Below are positions 36,839-49,900 of a DNA stretch of 64,000 bases, piece after piece. Source of the DNA: Mobula hypostoma. Taxonomy: Eukaryota. Location: the NCBI RefSeq assembly GCF_963921235.1, contig NC_086108.1, positions 37,016,001-37,080,000 of the forward strand, written 5' to 3'. The position numbers and the translations under genes are program-made. Within the stretch, counting starts at the first letter, position 1, and each line of letters opens with the position of its first letter. The notes under the pieces are model-generated. The model did no database searches, was not told where the DNA came from, and saw only the letters and a program-made list of their open reading frames with translations.

Positions 36839-39833
36839 CCCCAGACCAAAGCGCTCCCCACCAGCTCGCAAGGTCAGTGATGGACATCCTGGTGGAGGGG
36901 CACAGGACAAGCTGCCTGTTTGACACAGGCAGCATGGAGAGTTTTATCCACCCAACAACGGTGCAGCATTGTGGACTCATGATACGGCCGGTAAGTCGGA
37001 GGGTCACCATGGCCTCCAGGTCGCATACAACAGACATCCGGGGGGGTTGTGTAGCGACACTAGTGGTGCAGGGCACAGAATATCGGGACTTTAAGTTACT
37101 GGTCTTGCCTCAACTGTGTGCCCCTGTGCTGTTGGGGTTGGACTTCCAGAGCCACCTGAAAAGCGTGACAATGAAGTATGATGGGCCCCTCCCGCCAATT
37201 ACTGTCATAAATCCCCTGTTTTGTAGAGATATGTCACGTACCCCACTACTGACCACACACACACACCGACCCGCGCATCCCACCCAACATCATGCCAACT
37301 GCCACACTACCGACACCACTTGCGGCCTCTCCACCCTCAGGATCCCTCCCCTACCGCTGTTCGCCAACCTGACCCCCAACTGTAAACCTGTGACAACTAA
37401 AAGCAGGAGGTACAGCGCGGGGGACAGAGCTTTCATTAAGTCGGAGGTGCAGCGGCTGCTCAGGGAGGGGGTCATTGAGACAAGCACAAGTCCTTGGAGG
37501 GCGCAGGTTGTGGTTGTTCGGAACGGGGAGAAGAATAGGATGGTCGTGGACTATAGCCAGACCATCAATAGGTTCACGCAGCTCGACGCGTACCCTCTAC
37601 CCCGCATCGCGGATATGGTCAATCAGATAACACAGTACAAAGTGTACTTGACCATAGACCTAAAATCCACTCACCATCAGCTCCCCATCCGCAGGGAGGA
37701 CCTCCCTTACACTGCCTTCGAGGCGGACGGCAGGCTTTATCAATTCCTGCGCGTCCCCTTTGGTGTCACGAATGGTGTATCTGTCTTCCAGAGGGCAATG
37801 GACCAGATGGTGGACCAGTGCCAACTGAAGGCCACGTTCCCATATCTGGATAACATCACCATCTGTGGTCACGACCAGCAGGATCACGACAACAACCTCC
37901 AAAAATTTCTCCAAGCGGCCAAATCTTTCAACCTCACCTATAACAAGGACAAGTGTGTATTTGGGACCACCCGACTTGCTATCCTTGGGTGTGTCGTGGA
38001 GAATGGAGTCATTGGCCCTGACCCCGACCGTATGCGCCCCCTGTTGGAACTCCCTCTTCCCATTACCCTCAGAGCCCTCAAAAGGTGCCTGGGCTTCTTT
38101 TCATATTACGCCCAATGGGTCTCTAACTATGCAGACAAGGCCCACCCCCTGGTCAAGTCCACCACATTCCCCCTCTCTGCCGAGGCCCACACGGCCTTCA
38201 ACCGCATAAAAGGGGACATTGCCAAAGCAGCAATGCATGCGGTGGATGAGGCCATTCCCTTCCAAGTAGAGAGTGACGCCTCCGACTTTGCGCTGGCTGC
38301 TACCCTCAACCAGGCAGGAAGACCAGTGGCATTCTTCTCCCGTACCCTTCAAGGCCCTGAAATTCGGCACTCTGTGGTAGAGAAAGAGGCCCAGGCCATA
38401 GTGGAAGCTATAAGGCACTGGAGGCACTATCTTGCCGGCAAAAGGTTCACCCTGCTAACTGACCAGCGCTCAGTCGCATTCATGTTTAATAATCAGCAGC
38501 GGAGCAAAATCAAAAATGTTAAAATTCTGACATCATGTACAGGCCTGGGAAGCTCAACGAGCCCTCCGATGCCCTATCCCGGGGAACATGCGCCAGCACG
38601 CAGATCGACCGGCTATGCGCCCTACATGTAGACCTTTGCCACCCGGGAGTCACCCGGCTTTTCCACTTCGTGAAAGCCTGGAACCTGCCTTACTCCCTTG
38701 AGGAGATCAGGATGATGACCAGGGACTGCCAAGTCTGCGCAGAGTGCAAACCGCACTTCTACCGACCCGAAAAGGCACCACTCATCAAGGCCACCTGCCC
38801 CTTTGAGCGACTGAGTGTTGACTTTAAGGGCCCCCTTCCCTCCACCGACCACAATGTGTACTTTCTTCACGTAATTGACGAGTACTCGCGGTTCCCCTTC
38901 GCCATCCCCTGCCCCGACACCACTACCACGTCAGTTATAAAAGCCCTGCGCAAGCTCTTCACTCTGTTCGGATACCCATGCTATATCCACAGTGACAGAG
39001 GGTCCTCGTTTATGAGTGATGAGCTGTGTCAATATCTACTGGCTAGGGGAATTGCGACCAGTAGGACCACGAGCTATAATCCCCGGGGGAATGGACAGGC
39101 AGAGAAGGAGAATGGCACAGTGTGGAAAGCCACACTCTTAGCCCTCAGGTCAAAGGGACTGCCGGTCTCCCGCTGGCAGGAGGTCCTTCCCGAGGCACTC
39201 CACTCCATCCGCTCCCTGTTATGCACAGCCACCAATGCCACCCCCCATGAGCGGCTCTTTTCTTTTCCCAGAAAATCGTCCACTGGAACCACCCTACCAA
39301 CTTGGCTGACATCCCCGGGGCCAGTGCTGCTCCAGAAACATGCGAGGAGCAATAAATACTCCCCGATGGTCGAGAGGGTTCACTTACTTCATGCGAACCC
39401 CCAGTATGCCTATGCAGTTTTACCTGATGGGCGGGAGGACACGGTCTCCATCCGGGACCTGGTGCCCGCAGGAGCACCGGGCCCCTACCCTGAACACTCC
39501 GTGGTGACTATTGACCCCGTACCACCAATGTATGTACCTACGAGACACCGTGCACCCCAAACCCTATACAGACACCACACGACACTCCCATACCGGGCGC
39601 GACGCACACGCACGAGGGATTACCGACGCCTAACGTGCTGGCACCTGAAGTCAGGCCGGAGCCAGCACAACCGCCATCGCCAGTGCTATGTAGATCACAA
39701 TGACGGACTCAACCGCCTGATAGACTTAACCTGTAGATATACTTCTTGTAAATATTGTCAGTCACTTCACCCCGTGGGACTCTTTTTAAAAAAAGGAGGG
39801 GTGAATGTGGTAAACCATGTATATATGTTGTAA
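36508..39833 (+). pseudogene. pol: Pol (protease, RT, RNase H, integrase) in the -1 frame relative to gag; frameshifting deletion near 38528
   Basis: LFDTGS; SPWRAQVVVV, DAYPLPRI, VPFGVTNG, YLDN; SDASDF, EKEAQAI, TDQ; HHCC, VDFKG, HSDRG, NGQAEKEN. Confidence 0.93.
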
Positions 39834-40034
39834 CTCGGTTACCTGTCTGGACACACCCCTCTGCTGACTGCCCCTGTGGCTCCTCCCACAGAGTCCTGTA
39901 TAAAGGTGTTCGCCTTGCCCCTCCCCCTCAGTCCGGGGGCAGACACTCACTGTGGAGGTCGTATTGTACAGCGAATAAAAGCCTTTCAGTATTTTACCAA
40001 ACCTCAGTCTTTTGGAGTAAATGAAGGTGCTTCA
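39806..40034 (+). repeat. 3' LTR
   Basis: Direct repeat of 35492-35720, preceded by the PPT. Confidence 0.97.
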
Positions 40035-41179
40035 GTAACAAAATGATTGAAGGAAAGAATTCTCAAGCTTAGGTCTTTAGCAACTAAAAACCTACCTACC
40101 AATGAATGCAGTGGTTAAAATTGGTCAGAATTAGAGGACCACAGGTCTCAGAGGATTCTGGGTGTTATGTAGATACTCCTAAATTAAGGCCAATGTTTAA
40201 TTTCATATTTCTAAAGAATCCATCAAATAATTTCCGTGTTTTTGTTCATCTCTTGTCATGCATGTTCACAGGCATGGCGATTTATGCAGGTTACATGGAA
40301 GTTTATTTTGGTTGCTTTCATAAAGAGATACTACCAAATGAACAACAATGAAAGAGCAGTAAGCTGAACACGGTCTTGCTCCCAATTGCCGTTACTAATC
40401 TGATCTAGAAGTGAAATTGTATACCTTGTCTGCTTGAGTCACTTTGGACTCTAGCATTGTGGTCTAAGTAGTTGGAAGTGTTGTGTATTTAATATTTCAG
40501 TAGCTTTTGTGTAACTTTGTAAATATATTGTTTGATTAAGCATGCTTTCTTTGTTTATATAATTCATTACGGATTATATCTAAAAGTACATGAATGGCAT
40601 ACATCATTACACCGCCACGTAATATGCGCACACCTCATTAAAGTAGAAACAAAAAGTACATGTTATCCCCAGCTCCCATGTTTTTCTTTCAACTGTTTTT
40701 TATGTTTTGGGGTTACAAAACATTATAGTGGCAATGAGGAAATTTTAAAATGAACCTGAGATGACTACCTACCTGTTGAAGCACAGCACGTTTTTTTATT
40801 TGCAAGAGGAGAAGGAGAAATATTTGAGTGAAAAAATGCAGCACATGTTTTTTGAAAAGGGACACAAAATGGATGAAACTCATGGGTTCATAAACAGTGA
40901 GTACTGAGTGATAATAATAATAATAAGTAAATTAAAAAGAAACAGAAATGGCTGGCTACATGGGAAAGATAGACAGCTTTGGTTGCACAAGAGATAGCTG
41001 GGTTACGTATACTGAGTGAAATGAGCAATTTTTTTAAAGAAATGGAAGAGCCAATGAGAAACAAATACTAGTTTTGTTGAGTGTAATTTGTGGAAAAACA
41101 TACAGTTTGCTTAGAAATTTAGCTGATCCAACCAACCCAGCCAAAATGAGCTTTGCTGATTTCATGAGCATAATGCAGG

Positions 41180-41605
41180 AACTTCTGCATCTCCAACGGG
41201 ATTCAACCACCAAGCACATCTTTCCCTCCCCCTCCCTTTCTGCTTTCCACAGGGATCACTCCCTACACAACTCCCTTGTCCATTTGTCCTCCATCTCCAC
41301 CACATTTGCTCTCAGGATGAGGCTTTTCATTCCAGAATGAAGGAGATATTCTCCTTCAAAGAAAGGGGCTTCCCTTCCTCTAATGTCAACACTGCCCTCA
41401 ACTGCATCTCTTCCATTTCACGCACATCTTCTCTCACCTCATCATCCCACTATCCTACCATAAATACGGCTCCTCGTGTCCTCACCTACGACTCCACCAG
41501 CCACTGCATCCAGCACATAATTCTCCACAACCTCTGCCATTTCCAATGGGATCCCACCACCAAGCACACCTTCCTCTCCCCCACCCGCACTTCCTGCTTT
41601 CTGCA
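41180..41605 (+). mobile_element. Rearranged Penelope internal fragments inserted in the old Gypsy
   Basis: Matches 12985-13310 (RGFPSS, LQRDPTTKHIFPS). Confidence 0.75.
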
Positions 41606-43463
41606 TTTCAAAGGTACTGAACTGAAGCCTGCATACAGTATATCCAACTAAGAACTTGCATTGGAGAAAGGATCACTCCTGTGGGAATGGCAGTTGTAAC
41701 AGTGAATACAACAACGAATAAGCCACATTGGACTTGTACGTGGTAAGAACAGGAGGGTCAGCAATGTGGGGCAGTGATTGGCTGCGACAACTACAATTTG
41801 ATTGGAGATCCATCCACCATTTTCATGCTACACCCCCGCAATAGACTCAACTGGAAGCAAATTAAAGAAGGTTCTGATGATGCCACAACAGTGTCCAAGG
41901 ATGGCATTGGAAAACTCAAGCATATATAGGGTAGAATAAAGTTAAATGAAAACGCCAAATTCAAATTTTACAAAGCTCATCCAGTTCTTTCAAGGTCTTT
42001 GTCACTATAATAAGCTTATTTTTGGAGTAGCATCTTACCTGCACCTTGGCAGAAAGCTATGGACCAGGTGCTGCGAGGCTACCCAGGCACTCAGTTTTAC
42101 CTGGATGACATCATTGCTACCTGTAAAGATGACAAAGAACATCTTCAAAATCTCAAGATATTACTAAAAAGATCAGAAGATTGTGGGCTCAGAGCATGAC
42201 GCAACAAGTGTGAATTCTTTAAACCAATCATCACTTACTGTGGTCACACTATTGATGGACAAAGATTTGGACAAGTGTGCTGAGAAAATTCAAGCAGTGG
42301 TGGATGTTCCAAGGCTAAAAGACATGTCACAGATGTGATCTTTTTTAGGATTTGCCAATTACTATAACAGGTTCCTGCCAAAGCTGGCTACTGTTCTCCA
42401 TCCCTTGAACTGATTACCACAGATCGGGAAGAAATGGCAAAGTATAAAGCAGTGTGAGGTGGCTTTCCAAAAGACAAAGGAAGTGGTGATGTCAGACACT
42501 GTACTCACACACAGAATCCTCCTTGACCAGTGAGGCTTCCCTGTTGCACCTCGCTGCATGGTATAGTTGCAGTCATGTCACATGCAATGAATGAAGGAGT
42601 GAACTCACCATAGACTTTGCATCACATTCCCTTACCACTGCAGAGAATAATTAGCCAAAAATAGACAGGGAAGCCTTGAATCTAGTTTGGGGTGTAGAAT
42701 GTTTGAACCAGTACTTGTATGGACAGAACTTATCTCATGCTGATCAAAAACCATTAGTGTTCATTTTCAATCCACAGAGGGGTGTTCCACTAACAACAGC
42801 AGCACGAATGCAGAGATGGGCTCTCTTTGTTGGAGGACAAAATTACAAGATCAAATTCAAGAGCACGATGAATCATGGAAATGCTGATGGATTGCCCCGC
42901 TTACCTTTGGAAAAGGAAATACCTGAAAAAATTTACAAAAGAGAATGCTCCCCTTGATGTATTCTCCAGCATGCAAATCGGAAGTCTCCATATTATGGCA
43001 GAAATGATTCAAAGGAAACCAGAAGTGACCCCCACATTCTCAGGTGTACATGGCCACCAAAAATGGTTGGAATGTGCAGCAAAAATTCCATTTCCCCCAC
43101 TTTTAGCTGCACCGGGATGAACTTGCTCTTGACAGTGCTTTCCTTATGTGGGGATTGAGAGGTTTTGTACCATCCAAACTGAGAGCTAAAGTTTTGGAGG
43201 AGCTAATACCGGTCATCTAGATGTGGCCAAAATGAGAGCATTGGCTTGAAGGTTTGTCTGGTGGCCTGGGATGGATCAGCTGATTAAGCAGCTTGCCATG
43301 CACTGTTCCTAATGACAACACGTCCAGAAGAAAGCTGTCAGAACAACTTCCTGTGGTCCCAGAGCCATCTCCTACAACCACCATGGAGGAGGTCCCAGAA
43401 CCTGGGACGGACAATTTAAAATTTACTATGCTGTGGATGTCTATATGGAAGTTTTATTATATT

Positions 43464-43468
<5 letters not shown>

Positions 43469-43507
<39 letters not shown>
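43469..43507. repeat. (GT)n microsatellite
   Basis: Directly visible. Confidence 0.97.
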
Positions 43508-43508
<1 letters not shown>

Positions 43509-44644
43509 ATAAGATGACTAGAGAGCAATGTGTTATATACTTCGGTTGGGATGCATTCTTTATGAGTTAGAGTTTATAGCTAAGCAGGGAGGAGTGTAAT
43601 GTATATAATATTTCAGTAATATTTAAAATATATTGCTTGATTAATCATGCTTTGTTTACATCATTATATCACCACATCATATATGTGCACCCCATTAAAG
43701 TGAAAATGGAGAGTACATGTTCTCTCAGGCTCCTGTGAGTTTCTTTCAATTAGCTTTTATGTTTTGAAGTTACAAAACATAACAGAAAGGTCTCCAAAAT
43801 TATAGAGAAGCATCCCCAATGCTCCTGAAAGTGTAGATAGCTGGAAAACTCTTGCGTCAGAGCTCCCCTCTATCAGACGTGTAATTGTTTATAATTGCCA
43901 CTTAATATTTTTGGCATTCAGAAATACTTAAAGATGATTAAAATCAAAGCATTAAACATTAAAATTAATTATATAATATTGAAAATAAAAAAGTAGACAG
44001 AATGCCTAAAGCTATCACTAAATATTACCAGACTAATTAATAAGGTTACAGTAACTTACTTTTCTTTGTTGGCTGAAGTTCAGCCCTCAAAGAATTTCCT
44101 CTGAGGAGCTGTCAGAAGCCAACTAGCCCATCTCTAGCAAAACACATGAAGGCCTCATGGGAGACATAAATTAGAATTGTTGCGGTTGGAGCTATTGATG
44201 TATTCACCACACACTCGATCATGTTTCACTTGCTGTTGATGTTTTCAGCTGGAATAAATGGTGTCTACAGCTGTCTAATATATAAATCTGCCAATAAGTA
44301 GAGGCAAGACCCCACCTCCTTACTTCTGATGGGTCAGCACTCCGAAATTCCATTGATTTCTGGCATCCCCACTTTTCTAATTATGGATATCGAGTGGCTG
44401 GATTCTGTTTCTTTGCCACTATTGAAGTTTTACATTGTACGATTGCCTACAAATGAGGCAAGTTTACAAATTTAAGTGCTGAGTCGACAAATGGGAATGG
44501 GAGGACATACATAGACAGAGAGGGATGAAGTCAGACAAGCTGGTAAAGAGGATTGCAGTGTTACAGTAGACAGGCGGACAAGGCTGAAAGGACACACATA
44601 TAGCTTCGCATTGGTGAACTTACAGATATTCTCTCATTTTAAAC

Positions 44645-44900
44645 AGGGTGGCACGGTAGCATAGTGTTTAGCACAATGCTTTATAATGCAGGTGACCTGG
44701 GTTCAATTCCTATTGCTGCCTGAGCTGAGTTTGTATGTTCTTCCCATGATCATGTGGGTTTCCTCCGGGTGCTTTGGTTTCCTCCCACAGTCCGAAGACG
44801 TACATTGTACGTTGTCCCATGATTAGGCTAGGATTAAAAGAGGGGATTGCTGGGCAGTGTGGTTCAAAGGGCCGGAAGGGCCAATTCCGCACTATATCTC
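44645..44900 (+). mobile_element. tRNA-derived V-SINE
   Basis: Box A-like TAGCATAGTG, box B GGTTCAATTCC, V-domain GGGTTTCCTCCGGGTGCTTTGGTTTCCTCCCACAGTCC. Confidence 0.8.
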
Positions 44901-45544
44901 AATCAATCAACAAATGACACTTTCAGTGAAATCACAGTATCTTGGGTCAAGTGGTTAATGGGCAAATTGTGACTTCATCCAGAGTTGCTGCCATCATTGT
45001 TTCTCCAAGGTTTCAGGCCAGCCCAGTCGTATGCCCAAGTTACCCACGCCAGAGTCCAAATTTGCCTAGGTTTGAGCTTAAAGCACTCAGGACAGCCCAA
45101 AGAGAATGACCAGAGTGCTTCCCACTGCCAAGCAATCCAAGGGATAGACTGCTGCTGTCTCTGCCTCTACTGCTAGTAGCACTGACACAAGGACTGGTAG
45201 ATCCCTCTTGGTCCTGAGATTCATGGAAAGATCAGAGTTGGATTGACACGAAGCCAGTTGGAAAATATGCATACAGTTAGCTATGCTCTTTTGTCTATCT
45301 TCTGATGCTATAATGCGAGTTAATGACTTAGCGATAGGGACATAACTGTGACCCATTACAAGATAGATCCATTAGTATAGCTTCATACTCCATGGTTGAT
45401 GCTTTATGCTGCTTTCAAATGCACTTCTATGCTATCACTCATTACCACCTAAAAGTTCCTCTCCAAATCACATGTCATATTGATCTCAAAGTACAGGATA
45501 CCATCATATGTTCATCCTAACCATCATCATGGCTCCGTCTAAAT

Positions 45545-45902
45545 AAACAATGGATGCGCCCGTCCGGGGCGCAAACCTGGGCGATGAATATGGAGATCCT
45601 GGGCTGCCCAGACATCAAGATCCTCCTCTCGGCCTTGCGGATGTGGTCCAAAGGAACGTGAAGCAGTACATTTGGCATCAGCTTGGCTGCAGGAGCTGCC
45701 GGGAGGTGACATGATACGTCATCCAACTGCCTTAGGGGCTCCACTCCGGATTTGTGTAGGGTTTACTCCTTAGCCTTCTGTTCCTCTGAAGATACCCACA
45801 AGGCAGTGGGATCCGTAACCCTGGATATGGGCCCATACCGGGTACTGTCAGCCGGAGCCAACTGAACCCGGGACTCGTGTAAGGCAGGGTCGTCACTCCC
45901 TG
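45545..45902 (-). mobile_element. Probable 5' region of an Ingi/Vingi-type LINE or a derived short element
   Basis: GC-rich island with minus-strand CCAC-TGCCTT-GTGG hairpin and GGCTAAGGAGTAAACCC, resembling the Ingi/Vingi 5' signature (recalled, not aligned). Confidence 0.45.
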
Positions 45903-46521
45903 TAGTAGTGACATATGGAGCCACTACCCACTACCTATCCTAACCACTGGTTCATAATTTTGCAGCCCTATCAATACTGTAGGAGTACCTTCACATGAGG
46001 CTGCAGTGTTTGCAGAGTCATCTCTGTGCTATAATCTCTACAGGAATTTGAGACGGGCAACAAATGTTGTCCTCTCCATGAAATGTTAGGCATAAAGATA
46101 ACATTTGAAAAACTAAGTTTCTGGTTGGATGGTGGAATACATACTGAAAAATTCAGCTGTCTATAGAGAATGCAATTGGCAATCGAAGAGCTAACTTTCA
46201 TTTGTTCATGAGCTGATTTGGAATAACTGAAACATTTTGCTTGTAGTAACTGTCTTTGGGCAATAATAATTCAGCTCATACTTGATATGAGTCTTTCAAC
46301 AGAATTGATCTAATTTGTACTAATAAAACAGAGAAACTCAATTCTTGTTTTCAGTACCTTGGAAAATCAATAGCCATATGCTCATTTCCTCTTCTTTTTT
46401 TTCCTTTCCATTCAATATCAGAGAACATTCAAACAAAATTATGGAGACAGAGTTCTATACAATTCTCTAAAACAAATTGAAGCATTATTCAAAAACCTAT
46501 TGATTCTGTATTCAAGTTGGG

Positions 46522-46690
46522 ATTACAGTTGGCTTATAGAGTAGCTACTCCATGGCTCCTGTGACCTAGGTTCAGTCTTCATTTCCAGTGCTCTCTGTGG
46601 TGTGTGCACATTTTCCTTCTGACTATGGGTTTCCCCCAGGTGCTGTGATTTCCTCCCACATCTGAATGCGATTAGTTCATTGGTCATTGG
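46522..46690 (+). mobile_element. Decayed V-SINE
   Basis: GGTTCAGTC box B remnant; GGGTTTCCCCCAGGTGCT..TTTCCTCCCACATC. Confidence 0.6.
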
Positions 46691-47679
46691 CAACAGGAAA
46701 TAAAACAAAAGAAAATGCTGGGGGTGGGGACTATAGTGGCCAAACCAAATCAAAACCAAATCCAAAACAATTGCCGCTGCTGGCGACCCTACGGATTTGT
46801 TGTACTTGCATGATGTACCCTTACTCCTGTAATGATAGCTCTAAAAGTCGCAGATGTGCATTTGATCCTTTATTAGCAGTTAGCAAATATACAATCTTGA
46901 AGCGATGAAACTTAAGCATGCCCAAGTGTAAGCTAAATGTAACTGAGCATTATTGAGTGATCAGCAAAAGGTACAACATCCGCTAGTCCCCAGCTACTAA
47001 AAACTGCGACAAAATAAGCAAGAATATGTAACTTATTCCCTTCGCTTTTGCCACGCCCCACTCATGTGACTAGTTACAATAGTAAACATTAAAAAAATGC
47101 AACACAGAATACAATGCAATTAGAGAATAGATGCATGGTTCCTGCAGGCACAATCAGTGAACAGATAAACTGAGTTAATGTTTCAGATTAAAGATCCTTT
47201 GACAGAACTGACAAAGCAATTAAAAAATGTTGGCTTTGACATGCAGAGGATCGTGGAAGAATGCAGAGGATAAAGGAAATTTTCTGAGAAATTGTTAGTG
47301 CAGCCATCTAGTTGATAGGTTGCTAAAGGTAGCTTCAGAGAGTTTAAGCAAACAGATAGGTAAATCCTTTGATATGCAGAACTGCTGGTAATACCAGCTG
47401 GTCAATCTGCTGGTGGAGAGAAAGAAAGTAAATTACAGATGGAAAACATACAGTAAAGCTTGGCCCTAACTGATAAACATAGAAAGCTAGTTAAATTAAA
47501 TCACTGAATTTGATACAGTGTGTCTGAAGAAGAAAAATATATTTATCCAGAGAAAGAAAGAGGCACAAACCCATGCAGAACTAAACCAAGTAAAGCTAAT
47601 TAATAGTAGTCGAACTATGTCTCAATGGAAAAGAAACATCAGCTGGTAAAGAAGAGCGAATGCTGGCAATAGATAGATA

Positions 47680-48240
47680 CTTTACTGATGCCAAGGGAAA
47701 TTAGAGTGTCACAGTATCATTACAGGTGCACAGATAATACAAATATTAGAAGAAAAGTAAGAAAGAATAAGTTACCTCAAACAGTCTAACAGGAGAGGTC
47801 ATCACTTCCCTGACAATCAATTTTCCAGCTCTTAGCTCCATCCCTCCCCCTCCTGTCTTCTCCTATCATTTTGGAGATCCCCCTCACCCTCCCACTTTCG
47901 AATCTCTTGCTATCTCTTCCTTCAGTTAGTCCTGACGAAGGGTCTCGGCCCGAAATGTCAACTGTACCTCTTCCTATTGGTTCTGCCTGGCCTGCTGCGT
48001 TCACCAGCAATTTTTATGTGTGTTTCATAGAAGGTTGTACTGGTGACAACAGACTGGTAGAACATGTGAAGGGGATGCCTGCATACTCCAAAGGACCTCA
48101 GTCTCCTCAGGAAGTACAGGCAACTCTGGCCCTTGTACACAATATCTGTGTTGGTGCTCCACTCAAATCTGTCATCCAGCTGCACCCCAGGTACTTATAG
48201 GTCCTCACCACATCCATTCTTCACCATCAATAGTAACTGG
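47680..48240 (-). mobile_element. Rex1-type 3' fragment containing a plus-strand Penelope pseudo-LTR piece (~47812-48023)
   Basis: LYFLRRLRSFGV...MFYQSVV; the insert carries CTGACGAAGGGTCTCGGCCCGAAATGTC. Confidence 0.75.
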
Positions 48241-48289
48241 GAGCAGTGCAGGCTTAGTCTTAGTCTATTACTAAAAGTGCTCCCCTGTT

Positions 48290-49900
48290 CAGCCATGGTG
48301 GCCTGCAGAGGGTGAGAAACATTTTCCAAAATTGCCAGGATCTTCCGTAGGGTCCTTTATCTACCACAGCCTCCAGTGTGTCCAATCTGAACACAGTTTC
48401 TCCCCTTGGAAAAAGATCTGCAATCAGCAAGTCCTTTCTGGGTATCATGACACCAGCCATGCAATGCTTCTTAACTATGGGGTTAGGGCAAAGTATAGCC
48501 TTGTCATAGAGTATGAGTGTGAGGAACCTATTGCTTGCATGTCACAGACAATAAAAAATGTGAAAAAACTAAGGTTAGAGAGTAAAGGAAGCATTGATGA
48601 TTATATTTAAGGTTACAAGATTATTCAGACTTGCTACTAGCCACATGTCTCTAAAGTAATTTGTTCCCAATACTAGCATCATGATTGCAGACTGAAGTCA
48701 TCCATCTGTCTCAACACAGTCTTGGTATCGAATACAGAACAGAAAAATGAAACCAAGGCCACTTTACAAATGTACAGCAAATATGGAGAAAGAAATTGAT
48801 ACTCTGCAGTGCTTGGAAGATGATTTCCATGTTATGTCAGTGAAAATAAAAGAGACACAGGGTAGTGAATATTGCAGAACCCCATGCAACACACGTGGGT
48901 GTAGTGAATATGAATGTAATAGTGAAAAAAAGGATTTGTCTATTGGCCTGATATTGACACAGATATATATATGTAAAGTCAAACGGCAAGGTACACCATA
49001 TGTGCTGGTTGTAGAACATGATCTCTTATGGTACTATGTAGGTGTAGAAGTGGCTGACAAGACTACACCAGCAGATCTATATGGATTATTGAAGAAAGAT
49101 AGGGTATTTATTTTAGCAATAACCGACTGCCAGTCAAAGTGGTTGGAAGTAAAATATGTGTGGCCGTTTATCTCAACAGAATTCCCAGCTCAGAATTTAA
49201 GATCTCTCTTTGTCATTCATTGTCTTCTGGAAGAAATTATGTCTGACGATGGTTCACAGATTAAATGATTGTGCAGCTTTTGAACAGCAATTAAATAAAT
49301 TACCATTTCATTTTTTTTCTTTACCATCAAGCTTCAAATGGGGGAAGCAAACTATCAGATTACACATGAAAGAGTTATTGAAGGAACATGTCATGGAAGA
49401 TTAATGAAATATCTTCATGAAACATCAACTAGCAGATTTTCTTTTAAATTTTAAAGCAATGCTACTTCTCTGAACAATATACAATCATGCAAAGTGCTGA
49501 TGGATGGAAGATACAGGATATATTTGTGTCTCGTTTGTCTCAACTTGTAATGAAAACTGAGAGAATGCAAGATAAATGAAGATATCCTGCACCAAGTAGA
49601 AAAGAGAGGAAATTCAATGTACTTGTGGTAAAGTTATCTCACAAGATAGATGAAAAAATTCAGAAAGTTTGATGTGGACCACTTGATCCTGATTCACTGC
49701 ACTTCAGAAGATAACAAAAAACGATTGTGAGATTGAAGATGTTTTGTAATAGATTCCACAACTGTTCAAGGAGAGGCAACTGTTGCGAAAAGCAAAAAGA
49801 ATGAAAAAAACCTGTGACCTGGTTATATTTTTAATGTTTATGAATATGATAAATTAGTATATGTTCTTTGATATAGAAAGAAATGTATGACATCATTAAT
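48290..49900 (+). mobile_element. Very old Gypsy pol relic (RNase H/integrase)
   Basis: FILAITDCQSKWLEV...LRSLFVIHCLLEEIMSDDGSQ resembles the integrase core (VDAHSKWPEV...EEIVSDNGPQ); boundaries approximate. Confidence 0.55.

Larger units (their letters stand above)
35492..40034 (+). mobile_element. Full-length young Ty3/Gypsy LTR retrotransposon (two-knuckle Gag, Mag/Cigr-like branch inferred)
   Basis: 229-bp TG...CA LTRs; 5-bp TSD GTAAC (35487-35491, 40035-40039); PPT 39788-39805; domain order Gag-PR-RT-RH-IN. Confidence 0.97.
40479..43784 (+). mobile_element. Old, internally deleted Mag-like Gypsy element
   Basis: Diverged LTRs 40479-~40727 and 43595-43784; PBS-like TGGCAATGAGGA; PPT AAGCAGGGAGGAG; flanks GGAAG/GAAAG; gag start MAGYMGKIDSF; pol remnants TAARMQRWAL, HGNADGL. 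Confidence 0.8.

Noticed and set aside
39540..39833. Possible chromodomain or env extension after the integrase
   Set aside because: No recognisable motif; the ORF appears to run into the LTR after a frameshift.
44060..44133. Minus-strand exon-like segment with good splice sites
   Set aside because: Stops in all three frames; no support as a coding exon.
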